A DNA stretch of 64,000 bases from a virus (Duplodnaviria > Caudoviricetes), in the IMG/VR virus record IMGVR_UViG_3300029288_000071, positions 128,001-192,000 of that record; one strand, 5' to 3'. The position numbers were made by a program, and so were the translations under genes. Every line of letters starts with the position of its first letter. The first letter of the stretch is position 1. The notes under the pieces are model-generated. The model did not search any database. It was not told the DNA's origin and saw only the letters and a list, made by a program, of their open reading frames with translations. Of the stretch, positions 1 to 9,828 are shown in pieces.

Positions 1-3000
1 ATACTTGTTATTATCAAGATTTGTCATGACTAATAAACTTCCCACATTAAAATCTAATGGTATTTGTTGAGCCCAGACTTTAACATCCATAGATTTTTCT
101 TCATCTGCAATAGTAATGACATAATAGTTTTTATTTGTTTTAGTTTTTCTCAATAATACATTTTGTAAAATACCTGCAACAGTTCTAGTCATTGTATCAG
201 CTTGTCCAACTTTAGTAACTTTATATTTTGTAAGAATTTCATTATATTTTGAAATGGGATGTTCTCTTAAATAAAATCCTAAATATTTTGTTTCAAAAGA
301 AGTTTTTTCAGAATCAAAATAATCATCTTCTATTTTAAAAGTTGGATTGTCTTTCTTTTTCTTTTCCCTCAGTTGATAGTAATAATTCAAAATTGATTTT
401 CTATTATTATTCCAAGAATCTAATACACCTAACTGGATAATTGGTTCTATTACTCTTTTTGAGATTTTTTGTTTAACTACTTTTTGCAAAAAATCTTCTA
501 AAGAATCAAAAGGTCTACAATTAATGAGTTTTTGAACTTCATCTTTACCACACCCTTTAATAATTTTAAATCCAGTTATTATATTATTTTTTTCATCAAG
601 AGTAAACTCATAACTAGACTTATTTATGTCAAAAGGAATAATATTAATTTGATTCTTTTTGGCTTCTTTTATCATTTCGGGAATATTTTCTTGAGAAATT
701 CTATTAAGTAAAGAAGTAAAATATTCAAAAGGATAATAGACTTTTAGCCACATTTGTTGATAAGCATTTAGAGCATATCCGGCTGCATGTGCTGCACAAA
801 AACTATACTCTGAATATTTTGCCATTTGATCTAACAATAAGTCAATTTGTTGTTCATCTAATCCGTTTTTTTCTGCACCAAGTTTAAATTTTTCTAATAC
901 TTTATCAAAATCATCTTTTCTTTCTGAATCTTGATTTGCTTTATGAAGTAACTTCATTACTTTTCTTGCTTTATCAGCTTCAGCTAAACTAAATCCACCA
1001 ATTTCTCTCAAAATACCCATTACTTGTTCTTGATAAGTAATAACTCCATAAGTTTTTGAAAGAATATTTTCCATTTTAGGATGAATATACTTTATTTTTG
1101 AAGGATTATTCTTATATTCAATATATTGAGCTACAAATCCAGCATCAATACTTGCAGGTCGGTATAAGCTATTAATAGTAGTGATGTCTTCAAAATTTGA
1201 GGGTTTTGATTGTTGAAGAATTGATCTCATACCTGGAGAACCAAATTGGAAGATATCAATTGTATCTGCTTGTTGAAATTTTTCATATACTTTTGGATCT
1301 TCTAATGGATCAGTTTCCATTTTTAATGTAACATTAATTCCTGTTTTTTGCTGAATCAATTTTAATGTGTCATTGATAATAGAACAAGTATTTAATCCCA
1401 ACAAATCAAGTTTAATGAGACCAATTTCAGAAACTTCTCTTTCATCTCCACCTTCTTGTAAAGCAGTCATGTATTGATCTTTTAATCTAATAATTGGAAT
1501 AAAATCATATAATTTTCCAGGAGAAATAACAGTTCCTGATGCATGAGAGCCAGCATTTCTTACTTGGTCTTCTAATTTTGTTCCCCATTTAAGAAAATAA
1601 TCTTCATGATTTTTAATAAATTGCTTAAGATTATCTGGAAGGTTTTTTACAGATAAAGCTTGTAGATTTTCTTTTAATGATTTTTGATCATCAAATATTT
1701 TTGATAATTCATTTGTTAAAGCAAAATCAAAATCATTTACTCTACTTAAATCTCGAACTATAGATTTTGCTCCAAATTTAATGTAATTTGCAATATGAGC
1801 TACTGATTGATAACCATACTCTTTTTTGAGTTCTTCTTCAATCATTTTTTGTTCATCAGAAGAAAAATCACAATCTATATCACAAGGATCTTTTCTTTCA
1901 GGGTTTAAAAATCTTTCAAAATATAGATTATTTTTAATTGGGTCTAGATTTGTAATTTTTAAACAAAAAGATACTAATGAACCCACTGCAGAACCTCTAC
2001 CTGCTCCAGTTCTTCCACCTAATTCTGCTATTTTTTCAATAACAGATTTTATCAATAAAAAATATCCAGCAAATCCTTTTTTCTTGATAATGTCCATTTC
2101 ATATTTGAGTTGTTCTAAATATCTTTTTTCTTTAGGGATTCTTTGTTCATCTATTCTATTTTTAAATCCTTCTACACATAGTTTTGTAAAATAACTTTCA
2201 TTTGTAAAGCCATCAGGAATTTTGCATTTAGGAAAGTTGAATTGATAGAATGGAATTTCAATATTTACTTTAGAATTTATTTCTAATGTATTTTCAAGCC
2301 ATTCTTCTACTTGAGAAGTAGAAACTCCATATTTTTTAGAAGTTTCAATGATTTGATCATATGTCTTTACATAAAATCCGTGTTGATTTATCAACCAAAC
2401 ATTAAAATCAGGTTTAGTCAAATCCTCAAAAGTAGCTCTTTGATTAATCATCATCTTTACTTTTTGAAGATACCAATCTTCTTCATCTACATAGTGGGCA
2501 TCTAATCCAACTATAACTTTAATATTTTCACTTTTACCAATTTCAATAAGTGCATCATTATAATCTTTTTGAAAATTGTCATCTTCCAAAAATTGAACTT
2601 CAAGATAAAAATCATCTTTGAATATCGATTTATATTTTTGAACAAGCTCTACAAAGCCTTTATAATCACTAAAACGAATTTTATTTGCCCATTGAGAGCC
2701 CTGACAAGCTGTAGTTACAATGATATTTCCAGCTTTTTCAAAAATTAACTCATTTTTTGTTCTAGGTTTGTAGTAAAAACCATTCATTACAGCTTCACCA
2801 GAAATGTGAACTATATCTTTATATCCCTGATAATTTTTTGCTAATAAAATGATATGACTATTAAATTTATCAAAATCTTTGAATTGAATTTCTTCTTCTG
2901 GATTTGGTTCTTTATCTTTTCCTTGATTATCTCTATTATCATTAAGATAAGCTTCAATTCCTATAATTGGATTAATGTTTTGTTTCTTACATTCTTTATA

Positions 3001-3153
3001 GAACTTTAAAGAGCTAGCCATATTGCCATGTTCGGTTAAAGATAAACCCGGCATTCCAAGCTCTTTAGCTTTTTTGATATAATTCTCAACAGTCATAGAG
3101 CCATCACCAAATGAATAGCAACTGTGAGCATGGATTGCTGAATAAGTTTTCAT
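1..3153 (-). CDS. dnaE: DNA polymerase III alpha subunit (C-family), 3' end beyond the left edge
   Basis: Not in the ORF track; read manually from ATG at 3153: MKTYSAIHAHSCYSFGDG...LTEHGNM (PHP domain), GAGRGSAVGS, YFERFLNPERKDPCDIDCDF, YSFCAAHAAGY. No intein seen. Confidence 0.95.
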   Translation of the reverse strand, partial: MKTYSAIHAHSCYSFGDGSMTVENYIKKAKELGMPGLSLTEHGNMASSLKFYKECKKQNINPIIGIEAYLNDNRDNQGKDKEPNPEEEIQFKDFDKFNSHIILLAKNYQGYKDIVHISGEAVMNGFYYKPRTKNELIFEKAGNIIVTTACQGSQWANKIRFSDYKGFVELVQKYKSIFKDDFYLEVQFLEDDNFQKDYNDALIEIGKSENIKVIVGLDAHYVDEEDWYLQKVKMMINQRATFEDLTKPDFNVWLINQHGFYVKTYDQIIETSKKYGVSTSQVEEWLENTLEINSKVNIEIPFYQFNFPKCKIPDGFTNESYFTKLCVEGFKNRIDEQRIPKEKRYLEQLKYEMDIIKKKGFAGYFLLIKSVIEKIAELGGRTGAGRGSAVGSLVSFCLKITNLDPIKNNLYFERFLNPERKDPCDIDCDFSSDEQKMIEEELKKEYGYQSVAHIANYIKFGAKSIVRDLSRVNDFDFALTNELSKIFDDQKSLKENLQALSVKNLPDNLKQFIKNHEDYFLKWGTKLEDQVRNAGSHASGTVISPGKLYDFIPIIRLKDQYMTALQEGGDEREVSEIGLIKLDLLGLNTCSIINDTLKLIQQKTGINVTLKMETDPLEDPKVYEKFQQADTIDIFQFGSPGMRSILQQSKPSNFEDITTINSLYRPASIDAGFVAQYIEYKNNPSKIKYIHPKMENILSKTYGVITYQEQVMGILREIGGFSLAEADKARKVMKLLHKANQDSERKDDFDKVLEKFKLGAEKNGLDEQQIDLLLDQMAKYSEYSFCAAHAAGYALNAYQQMWLKVYYPFEYFTSLLNRISQENIPEMIKEAKKNQINIIPFDINKSSYEFTLDEKNNIITGFKIIKGCGKDEVQKLINCRPFDSLEDFLQKVVKQKISKRVIEPIIQLGVLDSWNNNRKSILNYYYQLREKKKKDNPTFKIEDDYFDSEKTSFETKYLGFYLREHPISKYNEILTKYKVTKVGQADTMTRTVAGILQNVLLRKTKTNKNYYVITIADEEKSMDVKVWAQQIPLDFNVGSLLVMTNLDNNKY

Positions 3154-3165
3154 TTCTTTTTATTA

Positions 3166-3235
3166 AATGCTTCTTTTACTAGTTCTTTTTCTATTTCAAA
3201 AATGCTTCTTTTACTAGTTCTTTTTCTATTTCAAA
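3166..3235. repeat. Perfect 35-bp tandem duplication
   Basis: aatgcttcttttactagttctttttctatttcaaa occurs at 3166-3200 and 3201-3235. Confidence 0.97.
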
Positions 3236-3532
3236 TAATTTAGCAAGTATTCCTTGTTGTTTTTTAATATAAATTATAGTAAAGTCATCAAGTATTTTCT
3301 TTACAAATGCTTTTGTAGCTATTTTGTAAGTTTTATTTTTAATTGTGCTCCATCTATATTTTTCATTTAAATCTAATTTCCCCCATTCATCTCCCATTAA
3401 TACAATGTAGTGATTATCATCTATTTTTTCTTTAACTAAAAAAGTATCTTCATTATCGCTTAAATCACCATTATGAAGACTTTCAATTTCATAATAAATT
3501 GTTAGTTGGTAAAATTTCATTATATCATCCAA
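3191..3532 (-). CDS. Hypothetical protein; C-terminus altered by the 35-bp duplication
   Basis: ORF packed in operon, no recognisable motif. Confidence 0.75.
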   Translation of the reverse strand: MDDIMKFYQLTIYYEIESLHNGDLSDNEDTFLVKEKIDDNHYIVLMGDEWGKLDLNEKYRWSTIKNKTYKIATKAFVKKILDDFTIIYIKKQQGILAKLFEIEKELVKEAFLK

Positions 3533-4491
3533 TAAGGTTTTATATTTGAATTGTTAATTACTGATTTTATTGTACTTAAAATACCATCTTCTAATTTATA
3601 GTAAAAGTTAAAATCTGGAACCCATTTTAATAATTTACTATTATCAATATTGTGATAGTGTAAATAGTCTTGAGTTCCATCAAAATTAATTTTGCTAAAA
3701 TCTAATTTTTGCGGACAGGTTTTTTGAATAATTTCAAATAATTCATCCCAATTTTTTGCATCACTATAGTGTGTTCCTACATTAATTTCTCTATTCCATA
3801 CATCTGAAATCATTAAACTTAATGTAGCTAAAGCAATATTCTCTACTCTAGTATATGATTTACAAATTTTTTGATCCAATAGAACATTTAATTGATTAGA
3901 TTCGGGTTTTAAAACTGTATAAATAACTTTAGTTAATGCACTATGTAAATCTTCAGGATAATCGCCAAAACCAAAAACTGGGCGTAAAATGAGCTTTGGA
4001 GTTTTACATAATCTCTTAACAATCATCTCTCCAGCATATTTTGTTATTCCATAAAGAGTTTGGGGGTTAATTCTAGTATATTCAGTTATTGGATTATCAT
4101 ATCCATAATCATTTGGGTCAAAAATTGCAGTAGTAGAATAATAAACGAGCTTAATATTAAATTTGTTACAGATATCTACTATATTTTTTGTGCCTTCAAC
4201 ATTTGTCCTAATTGCTTCAGATGGATTAGCTTTGCAAAAATCAGTTCCAACATATGCACCTGAATGAATTATAATTTCTACATCTTCAAAAAGATGATTA
4301 AATCCTTCTAAATTTGTAAAATCAATTTCTGGTTGTCTAATGCTAAAGCTTTGATGACTTTTATATGCTACTAATTGTCTGTCTGGTATTTGTCTATTTA
4401 TAACTTCAAAGGGCCACTTATTTGTAGCTATAATTTTTTGAATTGCTAAAGGGATAGTTCCTGATTCACCTGTAATGAATATTTTTTTCAT
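3520..4491 (-). CDS. NAD-dependent epimerase/dehydratase (extended SDR)
   Basis: IFITGESGTI Rossmann start, TNVEGT, YSTTAIF, YGITK (YxxxK). Confidence 0.9.
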   Translation of the reverse strand: MKKIFITGESGTIPLAIQKIIATNKWPFEVINRQIPDRQLVAYKSHQSFSIRQPEIDFTNLEGFNHLFEDVEIIIHSGAYVGTDFCKANPSEAIRTNVEGTKNIVDICNKFNIKLVYYSTTAIFDPNDYGYDNPITEYTRINPQTLYGITKYAGEMIVKRLCKTPKLILRPVFGFGDYPEDLHSALTKVIYTVLKPESNQLNVLLDQKICKSYTRVENIALATLSLMISDVWNREINVGTHYSDAKNWDELFEIIQKTCPQKLDFSKINFDGTQDYLHYHNIDNSKLLKWVPDFNFYYKLEDGILSTIKSVINNSNIKPYWMI

Positions 4492-5054
4492 TTTTTCCTT
4501 TTTAAAGTTTTAATTACTCTATGAAGAGACATTGTATGAACATTTATAATAGTTTTTTCTAAATGAAAGTCATGCTGAATGATTTGTGACATCAAATGAC
4601 AAGCCCAGATAAAAGTTTGAGCATCATATAAAAAATTTGTATCATAATTTTGACTTCTGACATATACATTCAGATATAAACCACCATCTCGGATATAAAA
4701 ATGAAAATAAGATAAGCAGTGATTATCTTCTCCATCATAATTGTTAACAAATGCTGCTTGTCTTGACTCAGGATGTGCTAAAAGATACATTGCAACATCT
4801 CTTGTCCTATTTAAAATGAAATTTCTTTCATTTTTTTCTTCTTTATTTTTATTTTTGATGTCTACAATTACTAATTTTTCTGGAAGTTTATGAAAATCAA
4901 GAATATATCTATAATTTGTCAACTCAAGAGTTTTTTGAAACTTTTTATCCTTTGAATTATAAGTTTCTATCTTTTTAGCTGCTTTTGACTTAAAAGCTTT
5001 CTCAATTTTTTGCTCTATTGTTAATTTAGATACTTTCAAGTACAGTCCTATCAA
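4488..5054 (-). CDS. Short thymidylate-synthase-fold protein, dCMP-modifying type
   Basis: SRQA, HCLSYFHF, YVRSQNYDTNFLYD, SLH; Asp at the substrate-specificity position. Confidence 0.75.
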   Translation of the reverse strand: MIGLYLKVSKLTIEQKIEKAFKSKAAKKIETYNSKDKKFQKTLELTNYRYILDFHKLPEKLVIVDIKNKNKEEKNERNFILNRTRDVAMYLLAHPESRQAAFVNNYDGEDNHCLSYFHFYIRDGGLYLNVYVRSQNYDTNFLYDAQTFIWACHLMSQIIQHDFHLEKTIINVHTMSLHRVIKTLKRKK

Positions 5055-5634
5055 TAATGTTCATTTTGTCTCTATTTTGATCAAACCATTCATAAGTAAC
5101 TGGATCTGGAACTTCAATTGTTTGCTGAGTACCTCTTTTGATAATTCCAACACCATAATCAAAATTTAAAACTCCCATGTATAAATCTGGTCTTTTTTCT
5201 CTTAATCTTAACCAAGCAGCATAACAATTTCCATTCCAATCCCATTTTTTTGATTCAATCATTGCAATATGTCTATCAGGATTTGCTGCTTCTTTTGTTT
5301 TGGGTAACATATCATGGCAAATTATAATTCCATTTTCATTTAATACATCTAATGAATTGATAATGTCTTTCAAGACTTGTTCTTTAATATGTAAACCATC
5401 AATAAAGATAATATCAAATTTCTCTTTATTTTGAGCAAAAAATTCATCTGAAGTCATAGATAAGATACCTAATTCAGATGAACTCTTAAACTTTTTAGGT
5501 TCAATTCCAACTTTCTTTTGGCAATTTATTTTTTTATAATTTGAACCATGAGCAGTTCCTATTTCAAGATAAGATAAGTATTGTTTTTTGTCAATGAAAT
5601 ATTGAATAACAGATGTTCTTGTCTTTTTTATCAT
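5026..5634 (-). CDS. Class I SAM-dependent methyltransferase (Methyltransf_24-like)
   Basis: YLEIGTAHG, FDIIFIDGLH, GIIICHD. Confidence 0.88.
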   Translation of the reverse strand: MIKKTRTSVIQYFIDKKQYLSYLEIGTAHGSNYKKINCQKKVGIEPKKFKSSSELGILSMTSDEFFAQNKEKFDIIFIDGLHIKEQVLKDIINSLDVLNENGIIICHDMLPKTKEAANPDRHIAMIESKKWDWNGNCYAAWLRLREKRPDLYMGVLNFDYGVGIIKRGTQQTIEVPDPVTYEWFDQNRDKMNIIDRTVLESI

Positions 5635-6821
5635 TCGAAAAAATCCTTTAATTTTGCAAATTGTAATGTGTAATATAAATCTTTTTGTAGTTGTTTATAA
5701 TAATTTAAATTATGCAATTGGAATATTACTTTATCATAATCTATAGTATGTAATATTTTAGGAATATCTGTTAAGTTTTGAATTAGATCATTATTTTTGA
5801 AAAAACTGAGCAATTCGGGATTATCTTTAAATAGCCCACATTCAAAATTTGTATCTTTATCAATAAAAGGAATACAGTCTCTAACAAGCGAATAATATAA
5901 TCTAGTTATTGCAAACTCATTTGTTTTTGGTGAAGGGAAAATAAAAGAAAATTTACTTTGACCTATCAATTTATTGTAATCTACATCTTTTATTACTTTA
6001 TTTTCTATAGTTTTTGACTTCAAATTATAGAATAAATTAAACTTTAATTTTGATTCAGTAAACTGCTTTTCAATATCTTTTATTTGTAAAGCATATTGTA
6101 CTCTTTTTTCAACTACTTTATCTTTCTTAAGTCTATCTATATTTTCATAAGGAACCATAAATCCAGTTGTAAAGTCATATTTTTTGTCATTGAAGTTTGT
6201 TCGAGAATCATTGTAGAAAAATGTATAACCAATAAATGGAATAGTATAATCTACTTTCCTATCGCTTAGATTATATTCATAAATTGTTTTACATTCATTT
6301 GATACAATTTTTGAAAGATTAACTTCCCATGGGTCATCTAAATACTGTAATACTTTGATGTTTTTAAACTGATTAAGCATATCATAAATGAAAAACATTT
6401 TTCTAAAAAAAGTGAATAGAATCATCATTTTATTATGCTTTGAAGTATCTTTATAAAAACTATCAAGTTCATCTTTAAGAATTTGTTCATTTCCTAATCT
6501 GTAAGATTTTAAAATTGGTAAAGAAGAAACTAACATATATTTAAAGTTATATTGTCCTCCTAATGCAATAACTTCTTGTTGAGCATCATCCCAGTTTTTA
6601 ACATCTGAATTAAAAATATAGTAGTCTCGATAATTAAAAGTTTTTAAAATATCTTCACATTCTTTGTAAGCCTTCTCATTTACAAAAATGAACACTGGAT
6701 TCAGGTTGAACATAGAGCAAATCTTCTGAGCAGCAAAACAAGTTGCTCTAATTCGAGTATATGTTATATACTTTACTCTCCAACCGAAAAAAACAAGTAA
6801 ATTTTTAGTCAATGTGTTCAA
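5631..6821 (-). CDS. Putative GT-B glycosyltransferase, DNA beta-glucosyltransferase-like
   Basis: KKYDF..., YNKLIGQSKFSFIFPS...FAITRLYYSLVRDCIPFID resembles a GT-B C-terminal domain; genomic context. Confidence 0.55.
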   Translation of the reverse strand: MNTLTKNLLVFFGWRVKYITYTRIRATCFAAQKICSMFNLNPVFIFVNEKAYKECEDILKTFNYRDYYIFNSDVKNWDDAQQEVIALGGQYNFKYMLVSSLPILKSYRLGNEQILKDELDSFYKDTSKHNKMMILFTFFRKMFFIYDMLNQFKNIKVLQYLDDPWEVNLSKIVSNECKTIYEYNLSDRKVDYTIPFIGYTFFYNDSRTNFNDKKYDFTTGFMVPYENIDRLKKDKVVEKRVQYALQIKDIEKQFTESKLKFNLFYNLKSKTIENKVIKDVDYNKLIGQSKFSFIFPSPKTNEFAITRLYYSLVRDCIPFIDKDTNFECGLFKDNPELLSFFKNNDLIQNLTDIPKILHTIDYDKVIFQLHNLNYYKQLQKDLYYTLQFAKLKDFFE

Positions 6822-7104
6822 CTACTCCGTTCTTGTCAGGTTTTCCCCATTTACGCTTTTTATTTATTTCTAATTTTTTAGTAGCTTCTTTATAACAACT
6901 CTTTTTATATTTCCCAGCTATTCCAAACAGTAAAATTTGACAATCTGCAATTTCTGAACCTACATCTCTACCAGATGACATATCTTTTGACAGTTCATTA
7001 ATTTCTTTTTTTAAATGAATAAGTTTAGAAAATGCAGTTGATTCAGTAAAAGTTTTATTTTGCCATCTTACTATCTTATTTTGAAGCTTATCCATGTCAT
7101 TCAT
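6805..7104 (-). CDS. MazG-like dATP/dGTP pyrophosphohydrolase (DUF550-like)
   Basis: W..KTF, HLKKEINEL, EIADCQILL, KLEINKKRKW, GVVEH. Confidence 0.8.
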   Translation of the reverse strand: MNDMDKLQNKIVRWQNKTFTESTAFSKLIHLKKEINELSKDMSSGRDVGSEIADCQILLFGIAGKYKKSCYKEATKKLEINKKRKWGKPDKNGVVEHID

Positions 7105-7622
7105 TTCAAAAATCCTAATAAAGTTTTAATTTCTTTTTCATAAATTAATTCTGGCTCTTTTTTATAAGCATAGTAATAGCTCGGATGTTTAATTTTATAT
7201 ATTGGATCATGTTTGGTTTTCATATATTCAAATACTTGATTCCCTAAACAAATTATATACTGAGGTTTTATGATTTCTAGTTCTCTTTTTAAAAATTGCT
7301 CAAAGCAAATATCACAATGTTTAATATCTACTTTATTATCAAATGATGAACATTTTACTAAGTTTGTAAAATAACTTTGATCATAAATTCCAATTTTTTT
7401 AAGTAATTCAGTAAATGGGTTACCTTCATAAGTTATCATAGTACTACCTGGAAATCTTCTTAGAGATGGATTTAAACCAATGAAGAAATACTTTACAATT
7501 TCTGATTTTTGATTGGGTAATAATTTTCCAAAATGAGGATTTAATTCTGAATAAGTATTTTGAAGAATAGAACCATAATCACAAATTTTACAATTTACTA
7601 TCTCATTTTTTAAAGGTATCAT
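7101..7622 (-). CDS. Uracil-DNA glycosylase, family 4/5-like
   Basis: CKIC, FIGLNPS, YFTNLVKC, ELEIIKPQYIICLG, HPSY. Confidence 0.88.
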   Translation of the reverse strand: MIPLKNEIVNCKICDYGSILQNTYSELNPHFGKLLPNQKSEIVKYFFIGLNPSLRRFPGSTMITYEGNPFTELLKKIGIYDQSYFTNLVKCSSFDNKVDIKHCDICFEQFLKRELEIIKPQYIICLGNQVFEYMKTKHDPIYKIKHPSYYYAYKKEPELIYEKEIKTLLGFLK

Positions 7623-8022
7623 AAATTTTTTGAGCTACTTGTTTAACTGTTTTGTGAGTTGTATTAAATTTATAGAAATTTTTATTCTTGTATTTGTTAA
7701 AATATTTTTCATATAAATCTAATTGTTGTTTAGCATGTTTCAACTTTAAAATATGAAGTTCACCTTTTCCATCAGCTCTTCTTAATATTTCTTCTGGAGT
7801 AGCATATAGATAGATCCATTTTGTTTCAAAAACTCTATCAAAAAGATTTATAATTATCTTAAGCCAAGTTTCATTACTTTTTCTTTTATATAATTTATCA
7901 TAAACCATATTACAAATTGGACTTCTAACTATAATCCAAGGCTCATAATTCATTAACTTTGATAATTCATGTCTCACAGAATCTTTTCCTGAACAATCAG
8001 GTCCAAAAATTATTACAATCAT
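7603..8022 (-). CDS. Deoxynucleoside monophosphate kinase (thymidylate kinase-like)
   Basis: FGPDCSGKDS P-loop, VRSPICNMVY, IYLYATPEEILRR. Confidence 0.8.
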   Translation of the reverse strand: MIVIIFGPDCSGKDSVRHELSKLMNYEPWIIVRSPICNMVYDKLYKRKSNETWLKIIINLFDRVFETKWIYLYATPEEILRRADGKGELHILKLKHAKQQLDLYEKYFNKYKNKNFYKFNTTHKTVKQVAQKIYDTFKK

Positions 8023-8930
8023 ATATTCTCCAATATCTGTTTCAGGTTGCTAAACCAAATTGCATTACTATTTCTTGAATTTTCATTATATTGAGTCTTT
8101 TTTCCAAAAACTTGAAAATCATAATTTACTAATTTTTGAATATTATCAGGATCATCTTCTACAACAAATTCAACATTTGAAAGATTTTTTGCAAGATAAT
8201 CTTCTTTATGTTCTTCCCAAATAATAGCATCAAATTTGATATTATGTCTATTTAACCATTCAAGTGTATCAGCATAAATTCTTTGATATTTTTGATAAGG
8301 TCTTGAAGTTATAAGAACAATAGTGTAACCTTTTTCTTTCAATAGATTTGTAAATTCAGAAGCTCCATCAATAACTCCAGCTTTTGCTTTTATTCCACTA
8401 GTTCTATATTCGTCTTTAAGTCTGCTCTTAATGTTCAAATTTTCAATGTCTTCAAAAGTAGCAGTTTTTAATTTTTCATAATTTGCTTTACAAAATTCAA
8501 CAAATGTTTCAGGCCAAGGATATAATATTCCATCAATATCTAAAGCACATACTTTTGTATAATTTTTGAAATATAGAAGTTTTTCTTGTTCAAATTTTTG
8601 AGCTACAACAATAGATTTTCGTTCAAAAGCTTCAGAAAAAGCTTTTTCATCAACATCCCATAAAGTTACAATTGCTAAGTAAAACTTAAATACATCTATA
8701 AGTTCTTCTATTAAATTAGATCGATTAACTTCAAATTTTTGTAATTTATGATCTTTCCAATTGATACAATCTAAAACTTCTGTAGCTTCTTTAATTAAAC
8801 ACAATAACCATTCTTTTGTATATGCTTGTTTTTCTTCTTTTGTAATGCGTTCAAGATCTATTCTTTTAAATTCTAGAAATTTCTTTTCGTAGTTTCTTTG
8901 TAAGTCAAATATTCTTTTTAAGTCGCTCAT
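8019..8930 (-). CDS. All-alpha dUTPase/dCTPase fused to a HAD 5'-nucleotidase
   Basis: N-term EATEVLDCINWKDHK and EELIDVFKF; C-term ALDIDGIL, ITSRP, TLEWL, VEDD. Confidence 0.85.
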   Translation of the reverse strand: MSDLKRIFDLQRNYEKKFLEFKRIDLERITKEEKQAYTKEWLLCLIKEATEVLDCINWKDHKLQKFEVNRSNLIEELIDVFKFYLAIVTLWDVDEKAFSEAFERKSIVVAQKFEQEKLLYFKNYTKVCALDIDGILYPWPETFVEFCKANYEKLKTATFEDIENLNIKSRLKDEYRTSGIKAKAGVIDGASEFTNLLKEKGYTIVLITSRPYQKYQRIYADTLEWLNRHNIKFDAIIWEEHKEDYLAKNLSNVEFVVEDDPDNIQKLVNYDFQVFGKKTQYNENSRNSNAIWFSNLKQILENI

Positions 8931-9828
8931 AGTATTGTATTATTTGTTCCATCTTTATCGAGTGATTCCACTGTGCATATCTCCCAACATTAGTTACATT
9001 TGGAAATATATTTTGTAAATTTTTATAAGAGTATTTTATTTGTGCATAAGGTATTGTTATTTTATCTAAAATTTCAAAAATTTCAGAATCTCCATCATGC
9101 CAACAATCTAATTTTGTATCAACTGTTCCTTTTACTTCAAGTATTGTGTAATCTTTAAAAATACTCATTCTATGCCAAAAAGTATCTAAAGAGTAAATAT
9201 AATCATAAATCTTATAGAAAAATTTTGTATAATTAGTTGGTTTTATTTTTAAAAAAGTTGTATGAAATGCTGTAAAGTCTCTTTGTAAATCTTGATCTGC
9301 TAATTTACAAAACAAATTTAGTGGAAGTGTGTTAACTAGATGATCCCAGTTTCCATCAAAAAAGGGCTTATTAAAATTATTAACATAAAATGTATTTTCT
9401 TTTAAATCAATTTTTGTAATTTTTACTATAGTTGTTCTGTTCTGAACTTTTTCTTGAATTGTATTCAAAATTAAATCATAATCTATATCAAAAATTGTTA
9501 AAGTATCTCTATTCCCTGACATTACAGCATCTACATTTTCATGTTCTCTAGTTTTTAATGCATATTTTTTTGCAAAATCTGGAGTTTTATTAGAGCTACT
9601 TGTAAAGTCACCAACTCTATACCCTATATATACTTTCTTCTCATTAATCGGAAGATTTAATGATTTCATAAATACTGTTGTTTCAGGAGTAACTTCTAAA
9701 AGTCTTGGACCTAATTGAAAAGTATTTCGATTTTGCCATCCACCAATTTTATCAGTAATTAAATAATAATCAGGTAAATAATATGCACTTATTAGTCCAG
9801 CAACCCCGCCGCCGAGAATGAAGTTCAT
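8905..9828 (-). CDS. FAD-dependent oxidoreductase, UDP-galactopyranose-mutase-like
   Basis: ILGGGVAGL, GG, GPRLL, NTLPL, VGRYAQW...M. Confidence 0.7.
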   Translation of the reverse strand: MNFILGGGVAGLISAYYLPDYYLITDKIGGWQNRNTFQLGPRLLEVTPETTVFMKSLNLPINEKKVYIGYRVGDFTSSSNKTPDFAKKYALKTREHENVDAVMSGNRDTLTIFDIDYDLILNTIQEKVQNRTTIVKITKIDLKENTFYVNNFNKPFFDGNWDHLVNTLPLNLFCKLADQDLQRDFTAFHTTFLKIKPTNYTKFFYKIYDYIYSLDTFWHRMSIFKDYTILEVKGTVDTKLDCWHDGDSEIFEILDKITIPYAQIKYSYKNLQNIFPNVTNVGRYAQWNHSIKMEQIIQYYERLKKNI

